64,000 nucleotides of DNA from Octopus vulgaris (taxonomy: Eukaryota). Of the stretch, positions 38,678 through 52,600 are shown in pieces. Where the stretch lies: positions 29,450,001 through 29,514,000 of the forward strand of contig OX597815.1 in assembly GCA_951406725.2 (NCBI GenBank). Reading direction: 5' to 3'. A program made the position numbers and the translations under genes. The notes under the pieces were generated by a model. That model saw only the letters and a list, made by a program, of their open reading frames with translations. It was not told the DNA's origin and made no database searches. Each line of letters opens with the position of its first letter. Within the stretch, counting starts at the first letter, position 1.

Positions 38678-41249
38678 AAGATGAATATATATATAGATAG
38701 AAGGGGAGAGATTATAGTGAGAAAAGTTTAAAATACAGAGATAGACAGAGAAAGGCACATAGACTTGCATGTCTCCAATGACTGATTTGCATTACATCTC
38801 ATATCAAAAGAGAGATATGCAGCATGCACGAGAGACATACAAAGTGAGAGTGTGGCAAATATACATAGAGAGAGAAAAAGCATAAAGACACAGCGAGAAA
38901 GAGAGAGGTAGATAGAAAGACAGTTATAAGACACATCACACACACACACACACACACACACACATCCAGGTAATCACGAGTTTAAAATGGCAGCTTTTAG
39001 AGACATTCAATGTCGGCAGTCTGGAAGTTAAGTTATTTCTTGTAGCAAATTATATTTTGTGATTGTTAATCTTCAAAAATCTTCTCCTTGACACAGATTT
39101 TGAAAAGCAAATCTGTTTTTCTTTAGGACGCACCTATTCAGAGCTTTTTTGGTGGCATACGCATATACATATGCATATACACCCTCATTTATGCAGCAGA
39201 CATATGTTTTAATTGAAACTGAAGCTGAGAGTTGTCTCAATAACTTGAGTTTCATTAAATACCATATCCTCAACAGCAAGTATTGAACACTCCTGTTTTC
39301 ATTCACTTGACATTTAGCAACATACATACACCCACACATACACACATTTAATGTTCATATTCCATGCTAAATAGGTTAGTAGGATCCAATGAGTCAAAGG
39401 ACACCACTAAGCTGCAGTGTCTGCTTTGGCATGATTTTTTATGAATGGATGCCTTTCCTAACGCAAATAACATTATAGAATGTAACCTGTATATTTTCCA
39501 TGGTACCAACACCAATGAGGTTACCAAGTAACTTTCAAGACAAGACCCTTGACAGAGTTGGGGAAGGGGCAGTATTGGGGAAGGTGGCTTTGTGGAAGGT
39601 GTTGAGAGTCTAAAATATGAGGAACAGGAACAGGTGTCTTGTTGCAGAGGAGCTACATGGCTACCTCAGCAGGAGAGAAAGGATGGTGGAGATGAGGTAT
39701 TAAGGAATACCTTTAAGGTATGAGAAGGTGGATAAAGAGAGAAAAGGGACAAAGAATCAAAGGAGGTTGGGTGGGTAAGTTTGCAAGTGTGTGAAAGGAG
39801 ATGATCAAAGATAAGAATAAAAGTGAAAGCAGTGAACATGGGTGGAGGTGAAAATTGTGAATCTTAGTTTTGGAAAAAGTAAAGAAAATAGGAGTGGGTT
39901 AGGGAGATGCTACAGTATAATAAAACTGTAGATACATGATAAATAGAGACGTAATGAGAAGTATGAAGAGAGAAAAATGCACAGTGACAGGAAAAGAGGC
40001 CAAAGGCACATAGGGGTGGTTATAGACTAAATGAAGGTGTTGATGGTAGATATGACAAGGTGTTCAGGGGAAAGGGACTTTCAGTGGAAATAAAGTGGTA
40101 AGGGATGATGTTGGAAGTGTGGAATGTGTGACAAAGGGAGTGGTTCCAAAGAGAGAGATAACTGTGAGGAAAAAAAAAGGGTGGGACAGAAAATGTGCAC
40201 TTCTGCTCTCAAATAACCATAGCCGATGACGAAATATTGTCATAGTTACAGGAGTGAAAAAAGGACAGGTGTTATAAACATTAGTTATCAAGAAGGCTTG
40301 AAGGAACAAATTGGGTGCAGGGGCATAGATGTAAACTATATGCTTTTAGGATCTCATATCACAGGTTTTCTCAAGCACGGAGTCTCATATCATCGGTCTT
40401 CTCAAGAATGAAGTGTCCTCTAGATAATATGATATCTCTCCTCATTTGTCAACTACCTTATGGAGTATTTGGTGCATTTCATCATAGCACCAGCACTAGG
40501 GAGGTTGCTTTTATACCCTGAAAGACAAAAGGAAGTCCCCACTGCTCTCCATTGTCTCTGTTCATTCAAAGATGATAGTCAAGAGGGAAAGCAAGGTAGG
40601 GAGGGTAGAGATGTAGCTAACTTCACAGGTGCTGGTGGCTTGGGCTGTATGTGAGCTGAATAAAATAGGCTATGTGTTGAGACTGTCTTGAAATCACAGT
40701 CACTGCAAAAGAACTGGCAAATGAAGTGGAATTTAATAAGGGATGATGGAGTATTTGTTATAAGGGTGTGGATAGGAGAAGATGAAGTTAAGGCAGGAGA
40801 GGGAGTTGGTAGATTTCTCTCATTCTACTTCATGAAAATGGTTTAACTTAAAACATCAAAGACTGTTTATATTGCTTGAGCTTTAACTTAATAACTACAC
40901 CCAGTTTTTGTCTTGTTTTTATATTTCTTCATCAATTTTGCAGTTATACATATATATGTAAATACACATACACATATACATTTCCATAACTGAGTTTGTA
41001 TGGAGGAAAGAGATGTGTAAAGAGCTAGAACAAGAACAAATACCACAAGGTATTTTCTCCAACACAAACAGTTCCAACAGTGCACTGACCTAATATAATA
41101 GCAATAGCACTACTAATAATAATAATGATCACTCCTGTTGATTTTGATGTATGAGTGCTTGAAGGAAAGGATTGGAAATTAAAGAAGCTGCATCTATTTG
41201 TGATGGTTGTGTGAATGTAATTTGAGTTCAGGTACGGATTTTGCTATGA

Positions 41250-42880
41250 AGTCATAATGTAGTCACTGATGATTTTAATTTTGCCTGGGATTGTTGAGCA
41301 AGTGTGTCCTTTGACTGCAGGATATAATTCTTTTATTGTTTTGTTTCTTCAACTCAAATTGTTTTGATGCATCATCACACATTTTATGCTATGCAAATTG
41401 ATCTAGGCAATAACTTTTCCAAGATGTCAAATTAAGCTGTAAAGATTTTAGTGACTGCTTCAACTTAACCTTATACCTAAGGATAGGTCATCCTACCATG
41501 ATATCCTCCACTTGCTGGCCATACAAAAGAATTTCTAGAGTGTGATCATCTTTTGTTCAAACAACATGTCCTACTCATCTGTACTGAATTCTCAAGAACA
41601 TGCTTTTAATACTGGAAATATCACATTTTTCTAAAATTTTGACATTTGATACTTTATCTTGCTATTTTATGTTGCAGATACTGCAGAGATAGCACATGAA
41701 AAATGTTTCAATTTTTGTTTTCATAAGTCTGTAGTAGGGAGTCCATGCTTCTTTCCCACACAAAAGTGTGCTCAAAATACAAGATTTGTATACACTTATT
41801 TTAGTTTTCAGACCGACACCATGTTTATCCCACAAACAATGGGAAAGTTTTCCAAAAGCACTTGTAGTTTTAGATATTCTAACATTGATTTTGTCATCAA
41901 GAGTACTCTTAAAGTTTACTTGGTCCTTTTCTTTGATCTGAAGCTTTGTTCATGGCTTCTGTGCCGGTGGCACGTAAAAAGCACCAACCAATCGTGGCCG
42001 CTGCCAGCCTCCCCTGGCACCTATGCCGGTGGCATGTAAAAAGCACCCACTACACTCACGGAGTGGTTGGCGTTAGGAAGGGCATCCAGCTGTAGAAACA
42101 CTGCCAGATCAGATTGGAGCCTGGTGCAGCCTCCTGGCTTCCCAGACACCGGTCGAACCGTCCAACCCGTGCTAGCACGGAAAACGGACATTAAACGATG
42201 ATGATGATATGAAGTGAAAATAATTTCCTGATTATCCTGGATAGGGTTGAAGTACTCATCTATAAATGAAATTTGACTTGCAATTCATAAGAAAACAGTT
42301 AAGGCTAAAAACAATAATTTAATATAAATTGCATACCATTGAATTTGTAAAATTAAAGCACTATTATTTTTCCCAATACAATTAGGTTCTTACAGATTCT
42401 CAAACCCTTACTAAAATATGTTCCTTATCTCTGATCCAGATAGTTGACACACTGGAAATGAATGAAGGCCTCATCTGAAAGCTCTGACAGCTCTATTGTC
42501 AGTGCTATTGTAACTATTTTTATAACACAAAAAAGACACTGAAGGTAATATTTCAACTAATGTTGACATATCCAATATTTTCTCTTTGCTCTGTGATGAA
42601 CAAAAAATTATGCTGACTAATACATACATTATTATATTTTTAAACTATAGAGTCCACAACCTGAATAGTCTAGTGCTTTAGTCTAACTTCTTCAAACAAT
42701 TGGTCAGCAATATTTCTCAATTTGCATACACATTGTGCAATATGTCTCTATTATTATTTTGTTGACACTAGCTCGAAACTAACTGAAAGCTTAAATACAC
42801 CGTCTTCCTGTATCTCTATTCTGAAATTGTAAATTCAGACACTTGCATATTTGGACCAAATCACCATTACTTTAAAATCT
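41250..42880 (-). mobile_element. Old RTE-clade LINE relic, interrupted by an RTE tail at 41957-42208
   Basis: Minus strand reads STLDDKINVRISKTTSAFGKLSHCLWDKHGVGLKTKISVYKSCILSTLLCGKEAWT...VGHVV. Confidence 0.8.
41957..42208 (+). mobile_element. RTE 3'-tail copy
   Basis: Common tail ending in (GAT)n. Confidence 0.9.
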
Positions 42881-43583
42881 ATTTTTCCATGCAGACATGA
42901 ATTGGAAAGTGCTCCTGTAGATCATGTTACCTAACATATCAGTTTTACATCATTTCCTGAGTCCTAGTATTTTGAAATTTTACCTCACATTTCTTCTATT
43001 ACAGGAAGAGTTCACTGATAGTACATGGTACTTTTTAACCCAGTACTCATAGTCTATTGCCATCGTGTGTCCCTAGTAGTGTAATCATCTTTCCTATACA
43101 TTTTGATGGTGTTTTTAATATCTAACTACTAGTACTGAACCTTTCATGCAGGTTGACATATCACATCTAATGAAACTTATCACATCTGATTACAATCCAG
43201 CCTCCCCTCCTCCATATATCTTCCACAATCATGTTTTATTCCCAGCAGCCTCATATGTTGTACACATGCTTCAAACAGTCTATATTTAATATATAAGAAA
43301 CTCTTAGTTGTCACAAGAGACAACAAATCATTAAAATCTTTTGATGTTTCCTGTACTGAAACTGATATTACATCACCTAAGTAATGGAATCTATAAAATA
43401 TGCTTAGTAAGCAGTCAAGTAATTTATGGAATTCATTTCAAGAGTCCACTAAGTACTAACACACCTTCAGATATTTTTGAAACTCACTCCAAAAGATCAA
43501 GTCTCAAAAGGCATGATGAGTGTATATTTGATCACGAGCTTACAGGATCTGATTTGATCTGGGTTTAAGCAATAAGAATTTGA

Positions 43584-43810
43584 TTAACCCTTTAGTGTTC
43601 AGATTATTCTATCAAACATAATGCTTATTGATTCACATTGATTTGAATTAATCATACATTATCTCATATCTTCAAGATCTTGATGGTGTAATTACTTAAT
43701 GTATAATAGCATTGTAGGGTAGGTGTGAGAGCCTGGATCTGGTCAGTTTGAACATAAAACTGATTAAATATTTTGGCCAGATATGGCCGGTTTAAATACT
43801 AAAGGGTTAA
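43584..43810 (+). mobile_element. TTAA-type (piggyBac-like) MITE, family 1, intact
   Basis: TTAA-CCCTTTAGTGTT...AATACTAAAGGG-TTAA: CCC/GGG termini with a TTAA TSD. Confidence 0.9.
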
Positions 43811-43814
43811 GGAA

Positions 43815-44120
43815 GACCACAACTAGAATTTAACTGACATGGTTTTATGCTTTCAATATCTCAGCAGCCATCATGGATGAACTTGCTACTTTCCTTGTTT
43901 TTATATCTTTTATTGTCTTCAATAACTATAATAGACCTCAATAGCAGGTTCCTCTGGTGGGTCCACCTGGATTAGTCATTTGCTATCCCAACTACATTCA
44001 TCATTCAAAAATCTCTCACAATAGCATTTCTGTCTTTTACTTCCTGCTACTACTGAAATCCTCAATAATATCTTAATTCAATCAAACATACTTCTCCACA
44101 TTTGTTTTTTCGGCCTGTTG
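43815..44120 (-). mobile_element. Old RTE fragment (region upstream of RT)
   Basis: Minus strand CYCERFLNDECSWDSK*LIQVDPPEEPAI is homologous to RYERLLNEKNEWDKESLPNVDPTKRPAI at about 60170-60260. Confidence 0.65.
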
Positions 44121-44486
44121 AACAATTCTTGCCATTGAGCCTCCAGTACAGAACATTAATACACAGCACCATCTACTCTCAGATTTTCTCCAACCTAAAT
44201 ACACCTTCCCATGCAACTTCCATTCTTCAGCTCTTTCTAATAGCTATTCATTGCACTATTTCATAACGTGCCACTTTGCTCCATTCAAATAACAAAGTGC
44301 CTCATAGGAATGTCCAACTGTCCTCTATCACATTTCTATATTTTCTCCTTCCAAGTGTAATATGAATTACCCAAGTTTCATTTAACACAGTAAACTTAAC
44401 TTCTATACTTTTCTTTTTCTATTTATATTTTGCTTCTATATCTACTTTGTCTGCTATATAAAGTCACTACCCACTAATCTATAGTG

Positions 44487-44520
<34 letters not shown>

Positions 44521-45127
44521 ACACACACATACAGTGTTCATATCCAAACATAGTTTAATTTTCCAGTTGGTACACAGCTAATCTGGCTCTCACACCCACC
44601 TGATTGCTAGATTACAAGCTGACTGGCTGGCTGGCTTTCTGAAGTTGATTTGACTTTATTTCTTGCATGCCACTTTCACAGCACGACCATTATATTCGAC
44701 AGCTATAATGACAATACTCTTGTCTTCAATTTTTGTATTAGCTTGTACAAAAAGAGCCTCACAGAATCAAGTTGTCATCTTACACATCTGTCAATTCTAC
44801 TTGTGAGCTATAAGCACAGATTACAGATGCTAACATGTTGTCTATTAGTAGTTTGAATTTAATTATTCTATAATTATAACTGTTATATGATTGATTATCC
44901 AATTCAATGCCAACTAATCACCTCTGAGAAAGGTTATGATAAGTATTGTGTAGTGTCTTTGTGTAAGGTAATCATTTAGCATAGCACTACTTTACTGTCT
45001 TGGCTGTCTCTAACATTCTCAGAATTATGAAAAAAAGAATGATTTTCTACACTTATAGGGGAAATATAGTTGGTTAAATTGACACCATACTTGGTACTCA
45101 TTTTATTAACAGTATATGTTATATGTG

Positions 45128-46025
45128 AAGGTGCATGGCTTAGTGGTTAGGGGATTCAGCTCATGATCGTAAGATTATGTGTTTGATTCCTGGCGGCATG
45201 TTGTGTCCTTGGGCAAGACACTTTATTTCATGTTGCTCCAGTTCATTCAGCTGACAAAAATGAGATGTATCTGTAATTCAAAGGGCTAGCCATGTCACAC
45301 TCTGTGTCATGCTGAATCTCCCTGAGAACTATGTTAAGGGTATGTGTCTGCAGTGAGCTGGCAGAAACGTTAGCACGCTGGGTGAAATGCTGAGTGGTAT
45401 TTCATCTGCTGCTACGTTCTGAGTTCAAATTCCACTGAGGTCAACTTTGCCTTTCATCCTTTCGGGGTCGATTAAATAAGTACCAGTTACGCACTGGGGT
45501 TGATGTAATCGACTTAATCCGTTTGTCCTTGTTTGTCCCCTCTGTGTTTAGCCCCTTGCGGGTAGTAAAGAAATAGGTATGTGTCTGTGTCGAGCTGGTA
45601 GAAACATTAGCACGCCAGGCGAAATGCTTAGCGGTATTTCGTCTGCGTTACGTTGTGAGTTCAAATTCTGCCGAGGTCGACTTTGCCTTTCATCCTTTTG
45701 GGGTCGATAAATTAAGTACCAGTTATGCACTGGGGTCGATGTAATCGACTTAATACCTATGTCTGTCCTTGTTTGTCCCCTCTGTGTTTAGCCCCTTGTG
45801 GGTAATAAAGAAATAGGTATTTCGTCTGCCGCTACGTTCTGAGTTCAAATTCCGCCGAGGTCGACTTTGCTTTTCATCCTTTTGGGATCGATTAAATAAG
45901 TACCAGTTACACACTGGGGTTGATGTATGTGTCTGTGGAGTGCTCAGCTACTTGAATATTAATTTCACAAGCAGACTGTTCTATTGATCAGATCAACTGG
46001 AATACTTGTGGTAACTGACAGATTG
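45128..46025 (+). mobile_element. tRNA-derived SINE (family C-like head) interrupted by stacked family B SINEs
   Basis: Head GCATGGCTTAGTGGTTAGG...TGTGTCCTTGGGCAAGACAC; the body resumes at 45925 after the insert. Confidence 0.8.
45353..45924 (+). mobile_element. Tandem array of family B SINEs (two full, one partial)
   Basis: Copies at about 45353-45576, 45590-45816 and 45817-45924. Confidence 0.9.
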
Positions 46026-46359
46026 ACAGTTATATGTTATATACTGATATATCTCAAATGTCGAATGTTCAGTTCCTGGTCCTGGTGGCACACTGTCTCC
46101 TTGAGCCAGGACACAATTTGTCACCACATTCCATGTTCTGCTGGATCAAGAGAAAAGGGGGATGAGAGGTTGTCAATGTCTGTTTGCTACTGCAGCAAAA
46201 TCAATTAGCAAAAGGTGGTAAATTCTATCAAATCATACTTGATTCCGTGTGATGATTCTGTGATACAAGCTTCCATATAGTTTCTATATAATTCCACTTA
46301 CAATACTGCTAAGCATTTTGCTCAGCATGCCAACGATTCTGCCAGCTCATCACCCAGCC

Positions 46360-46573
46360 CCATCTGGCACCTGTGCCGGTGGCACGTAAAAAGCATCCAC
46401 TACACTCACGGAGTGGTTGGCATTAGGAAGGGCATCCAGCCGTAGAAACTCTGCCAGATCAGACTGGGCCTGTTGCAGCCTTCTGGCTTCCCAGACCCCA
46501 GTTGAACCGTCCAACCCATGCTAGCATGGAATGCATACGCTATATGATGAAGATGATGATGATGATGATGATG
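46360..46573 (+). mobile_element. RTE 3'-tail copy
   Basis: Common tail ending in (GAT)n. Confidence 0.9.
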
Positions 46574-46978
46574 ATAAGATACAAAGCCTTTTGATAATAA
46601 TGATAAAGAGTTCTAAATTCTGAACAGTCATAAATTTTTGAGGTGATGGGTATGGACAGATTTGATTAAAATGACCCAGTTTTTGACTGGTACTTATCAA
46701 ATCTTTGACAAATAAGAAAAATAATGATGATAACGATTTCTTATATTAGTGCAATTACATAAATTTTTAGAGTGAACTATGCTGCTTTAGGACATCTCCC
46801 GCCCCAATGATATTCAATTGGCCTTTATTTTATTGATTCCTGACTGAGTTTATTTCAGCAGGATGCATCCCAGAATCTAAAAGGGCCTAATACTATAAGG
46901 ATTTCATCAAGTAGCCTACCAATTCTGTCATCAAACTACTCCATGTGATTTTTACCAGTTATAGTAAAAATTATCCAA

Positions 46979-47413
46979 TCTCTCTATATATAAACGGCAG
47001 TTTGTCTGTCTGTGTGTCTGTGTGTCTGTCAGGTTGTACCCTCACCCTGACCACGGCTTTCAACCGATTCTGATGAAACTTGACACACACATAGCCCAAT
47101 GTCATAATTCAAAACTAACGCAGTGAAAATTTTGAAAAGTTCCCCCAGTTCTGAAAAAGTATTCAAATAACTTGCGGCTGCAACAGCTATTAGCAGTAGT
47201 GTTGGGGGTAAAGTCTCGAATGTAATTTCTTCCTGGTAGGAATTGGTTGGGTTGAATTATCGATAGCTGTTTAATAGTTATTTGGGAGTGAAGAGAAGAC
47301 ATTGCAACCTACACATGCGTCTTCGTTCCCTAGAGGGAAAGGACTAGATTGGGATTAGTCGTTGCCTACTAGGGGCTCTTACATACCCGGGCAACGCCGG
47401 GCTATGCTGCTAG
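46979..47413 (+). mobile_element. Complete non-autonomous Helitron
   Basis: A|TC 5' end with TATATAAA and (TGTC)n, 3' hairpin CCCGGGCAACGCCGGG, then CTAG|T. It sits between A and T without a TSD. Confidence 0.9.
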
Positions 47414-47645
47414 TATGCCATATTTACATATTTAATTGCCTCACTGGCTGCAAAACCTCAAATCCTGCCCCTCTCTTTACTGTTGCAAATATGATCTGCT
47501 TCAACACTATATTTAAGAACCTGCTTTCCAAGAAAAACATACATCTCAGTTGGTAGAAAGCAAATAGCAAAACTATTCTCTTTGGTGTTGGTGTTGTTTC
47601 TGATCTTTTCCCCGCTTCCACATAACCTTTACATTACTGATGTTT

Positions 47646-47649
<4 letters not shown>

Positions 47650-47702
<53 letters not shown>
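47650..47702 (+). repeat. (CA)n microsatellite
   Basis: Perfect CA run. Confidence 0.98.
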
Positions 47703-47703
<1 letters not shown>

Positions 47704-49287
47704 TTAATATGTTTTTTTTATATTATTTCTAATTTGTCTTCATTTTCTGGTTAATTCTACAGCCATCCAGTCTGCTTAATCTGCAACAGTTTTGTATGCA
47801 GGGCCAAGTGTTTGGCTGAAGGCCGAGTGTCTGGCTAAAGGCCTTTTCAAAGAATTAATTCTAGACTCAATAAAACAATAAAGTAAAGTGAACTGATGGA
47901 AATAGAGAACATCTTGAGTTTGGATAAGCTTGAATGCTGTGGAAAAAATTTCTTCTGACTGTTTATATTTTTACCTAATAGAACTAGTACTGGTGTGATG
48001 GGGGTAGGAGTGATCAGAGAAGTGGGAGATGCATTTGTTGCTGTTGTTGTATATAAGTTCCATGGCAACATCAATTTGAGATGACCTATAAAAAGCATTC
48101 CAAATGTGACTATTCAGTCTTTAATTTTCAGATCGAGTGCATCCTGCATTATATTAACCAAAATATCCTTCCTTTCACAAAACAGTAAATTGTGATTGGG
48201 AGAGAAGTTTGACTATTATTTCTAGCATACCAAAGACAACATAGAAACTTCTTCACCAGCTTGTTGCACTGCTGACATGATGGTGATGGTAGTTTATAGA
48301 CAGTAGTAGTGTTAGAAGTAGTGGTGGTTTAGTGAAAGTAATGGTATGATGGGCAGAGTCATAAAGTGGAAGATAAGTGTCCAGTTCAAAACTTTTAGTA
48401 TTCAATGTTAAGAGTACTAAGGTAGTAGAGGTAGTGAGGTGAAGGTAGTAGTGGTAGTAGTAGTATTAATGGAAATAGTGACAAATCAATAGTGTGGAAC
48501 TGATAATAAGTGGTAAACATAAACGTGATCTGGGTGGGGCAAAAAAGTAGCTGTTGTTTAGTCCGAGTCAAACTTGATTGAGTAGACCTATGGTCAAAGG
48601 TATTCCAGCCACGGCCATCCTGTCTTTCTTTTTTCAAGCATGATGTACTCTGGACTACATTATGCAGTGTGAATGTTTTTTTTTTTTTCTCAAAGCTGGT
48701 AGGATGCTATTTGAAGGCGGTTTAGTTGCTATTTTTAGCAGCTTGAGGGATCAAATAAAAACTTTCATGTTGGCTGGAAGTAGAGGTAACAATAGTGGGT
48801 GGAATGGGATCAATAACAATAGAGATGTCAGCTGAATATCGGCAAGAATGAGTGTAGTTAGATCTATGAGTGGCAGTAACAGTATAATGTTGGAAGAGAA
48901 GGCTCTGGGGGTGGTGGTCAACATAGTTATTGTAGCTATTTTTTTGATGCTAGACAGATTGGGTGTATTCTATGGCCAAATGCTCTTCTGGGCACCAACT
49001 CATATTCTTCAAAAGTACCTTATTCTATATCTTTGTTGAACATTTTGATTATGGGAGACCTAAACAAATAAAACATAAACACTGCCTCAGTAGTAGATCA
49101 ACATTATAACCAAAAATGAGGATTCCAGATTGGATATGGAAACTATACAGCTATAAACTGGTGAGTGACTAACAAAGAACATGGTGATAATAAAATGCCT
49201 TCAGCCTCTTTGACAATTTTAGAAATGTTTGTTCAATGTAGATCATGGTAGATAATAGCGCTTAGGTCTCATTTACCAGCAGACTTC

Positions 49288-49512
49288 TTAACCCTTTCGA
49301 TACCAACCCGGCTGAAACTGGCTCAGGCTCTGTAGTACAAATGTCTTGTTTTCATGTTTTGAATTAAAATCTTCCACCAAACCTTAGTCACAATTTATGT
49401 TCCTAACACTAGCTTAATGACAACTAAGTTATTTTACTAAATACTTTGTTATATTTAAAATTAAATGAAAGAAACACAGAGCATCTCAAAATGAATATGG
49501 TAACAAAAAGGT
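49288..49512 (+). mobile_element. TTAA-type MITE, family 2
   Basis: TTAACCCTTTCGATACCAACCC...GTAACAAAAAGGT; homologs at 14685 and, inverted, about 50960-51190. Confidence 0.8.
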
Positions 49513-52311
49513 GAAGGTTGGTGTGGAGGAAGTAGGTAAATTCCAGGTTTTCTATCTACCACCATGTGTAATGGTACACTTGTTTAATGCCAGCTTGAGT
49601 TACCAGTCAATAATCCATTGCTACTTAAACAACAGTACCAGCATTAACATTAATTTCACTGTTTTTAAATCCATTTTTACTGCTAAAGATTAGTTTCTAC
49701 AAAGTTTTCATTTTGTTTGAATGAAAGAAATAGCTGCATGCCCTTCTTGTTGCTAACAACTCATCTGCTAAGTAACAGACAGTAGCTAAGGGTAATATAT
49801 TTTACATGTAATAAAACAATTGTAGCAAGATTCTAATTTATAACATATTGTCAGAATAAATATATAGCAACAGAGAAGTTTAACCTTTGTAAGATCAATA
49901 TGCAGACATTGCTATAATTTATCAATGTTTCATTTTTTTTTAATATAATATTTAGAATTTCAAAAAAATTTAGTTTTAGATAACATTAGTTTTATGTCTT
50001 TTAAAAATAAGAACTATTATGGATTAAAATTTCATCTCCAGGCATTGCAATGAAGTATTTGGTCATACATACAGCAAGCTATGGTTTATACATGAACTAT
50101 TTTAATTAGAGATAGTTACTGGTAAAATATATTAGGTGTCTAACTAAGAACAAGCACTAGTGCCCATTCTAACATTGTGTATTAGAATTGTGTGTGTTAA
50201 ACTTAATGAAACACATTGAAATAAGTTGGCAGAGATATGATTTAGAATTATTGCATAGAGATAATAGAGAAGTTGGGGAAATGATGAAAATCAATGAGAA
50301 TGTTATGTTGCCACAGGCCATGCCTAATTGAGCAGACACTCTAGTTGTGACTGTCCCATCTTTTGTTTATTGTGTATCTCAGACTACATAATACAATGTG
50401 TTCTTAGGAGATTTGGCTGCAATTTTTAGCAAATCAAGAAATAGCAAAAGGGATCTTAGTTGACCTATCAAAGATAATGTTGTTGATAACAGACAATGAA
50501 AGATTTATGATTAGAAATACAAAGAAATTATATAAAGCAGGTAGAATTAATGATCTAATACCCGAGAGACTTTAACCCATTCACTGCCATATTTAATTAT
50601 CATGGAAATACAAGATAACTGCTGTACGTGACTAGTCATAAAGCATTTTCTGGATCCACCCACATTGAAATTTTCTATCTCCAGATGTTATTCAGCTGAA
50701 TAATATTTACTTTCCAAATTTATTTTCTTTATAGCAGCATTTTGGCTGATATGTTTATTTGGAAAGCTAGTTAGTTGTTCTGCTTGAATGACAGGTTTCA
50801 GTACAAGTGGTGTGAGTACATCATCAGAATATGAGTTAAGCATTGTTAAGAATAATATAATAATTGAAATAAAAGCAACACTGTTGATATTTCAGTAATA
50901 CATCATTACTTTTTCTATAGATGATTGAATGTTACCATATAAATTTCAGAGAGATTACTTTCTGTTGAAAGACAAAATTTTGAGACAACTATTTATGTTT
51001 TTTTGTAAGTATATTTCTGCCTTTGTTTTGATTAATTTTTAAAATGATGATAAATTTGGTAAAACTTGCCATTATTAAGCTGGTATTTGGAACATAAACA
51101 GACATGAAATTTTGATAGTTTAGCTCATTTTAAAATGGAAGTTTTTATCAAGAACTAGGAGTTTAGGGTGGGTTGGTATCAAATGGGTCAAAATAATCAA
51201 ATTTATCAATATTCCGGGAACTCTACTTTTTAGTTGCCAACTTTTGACAAGGGAAAATTTCTTTAAAACTTTTATCTTCTATTTGGTGATAAACTGTGTT
51301 ACAAGTTTCCAAAGGGGCAATCATTGGTTCATTGCATTTCCTCTCTGTAAGCTTGACAAGGGGTTGTCTGTACAACTTGAGTAGAAGTACTCCTCAGAGT
51401 ATTTTTATTCAGAAGCACCAGTCATTTTTTCTTTTTTTGGTTTTCTTGCCAATGTCTATATATTTTACTTTGTGAAAGACCACCACATATGAGTTTCCAC
51501 GTAGATTCTGTTTACCACATCCTACTCACAAAGCACTGATCAACCTGAATGTACAGTAGAAACCACTCACTCAAAGTACCGCTCAAAGTGGCATCAAACA
51601 TGGAACTAAGCAGTCGAGAAGTAAGCTTCTTAACCATACAGCAATGTTGACATTCATATATTTGATGGAATGTATCCCAGGAAACTACTGAAAGAAAAGT
51701 CAAACCAGATAGGATTTGAACTGACAATATACAAGTATGAGACTAAAATACTGTATGGCATTTAATTTGGAGCTTTGGTGTCTCTAGTAGCAGACTGTCC
51801 TTATTATTTTAATATCAAATTCAGGAAAATAAATAATTTTTCCAGGTGTGCATTAATTAAGTCAAAGCATTTCTCATGCAAGATCAAGATTTCAGATTCT
51901 TTTAAAATTACATTCTAACAGTCTTAATGAATGAGACATTCATTCATAAGTTGATTATAAAAGACATTTTGAAGAGAATAATATAGCACTAGCATAAATT
52001 TAATTACTTGACAAGTTCAATTTCAGTGAACTGCAAATTTTAAATATCACTATCCTAAATGAAATTATATGCAAGTGTTCTGCAATGATTCATACATTTT
52101 TAACATTTTAGCAGCCAAGGTTCTTTCTTTTCCTCTCACCAAAGTGAATAGAGCTTTAGCCAGCAGGAACTGATGTCATCAGATGGTATCCAATGATCAT
52201 TAGGTGTTTTGACCCTGTACTACTGAAACACCATATATACATAGATATATACATACACACACACCTATATGTATATATAGTCATATATATATACATATAT
52301 ATATATGTATG

Positions 52312-52600
52312 TCATCATCATCATCATCGTTTAACGTCCGCTTTCTGTGCTAGCATGGGTTGGACGATTTGACTGAGGACTGGTGAACCAGATGGCTGCA
52401 CCAGGCTCCAATCTTGATCTGGCGGGGTTTCTACAGCTGGATGCCCTTCCTAATGCCAACCACTCTGAGAGTGTAGTGGGTGCTTTTACGTGCCACTGGC
52501 ACGAGGGCCAGTCAGGCGATACTGGCAACGGCCACTGAAAAATTGTGTCTTTTTTTTTTACGTGTCACCTGCACACCGGCACAAGTGCCAGTAAGGCGAC
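52312..52600 (-). mobile_element. RTE 3'-tail copy
   Basis: (CAT)n plus the reverse complement of the common tail. Confidence 0.9.

Noticed and set aside
47070-47079. CTGATGAAAC resembling a hammerhead core
   Set aside because: There is no stem II between CUGAUGA and GAAA and no closing stems; it is part of a Helitron 5' region.
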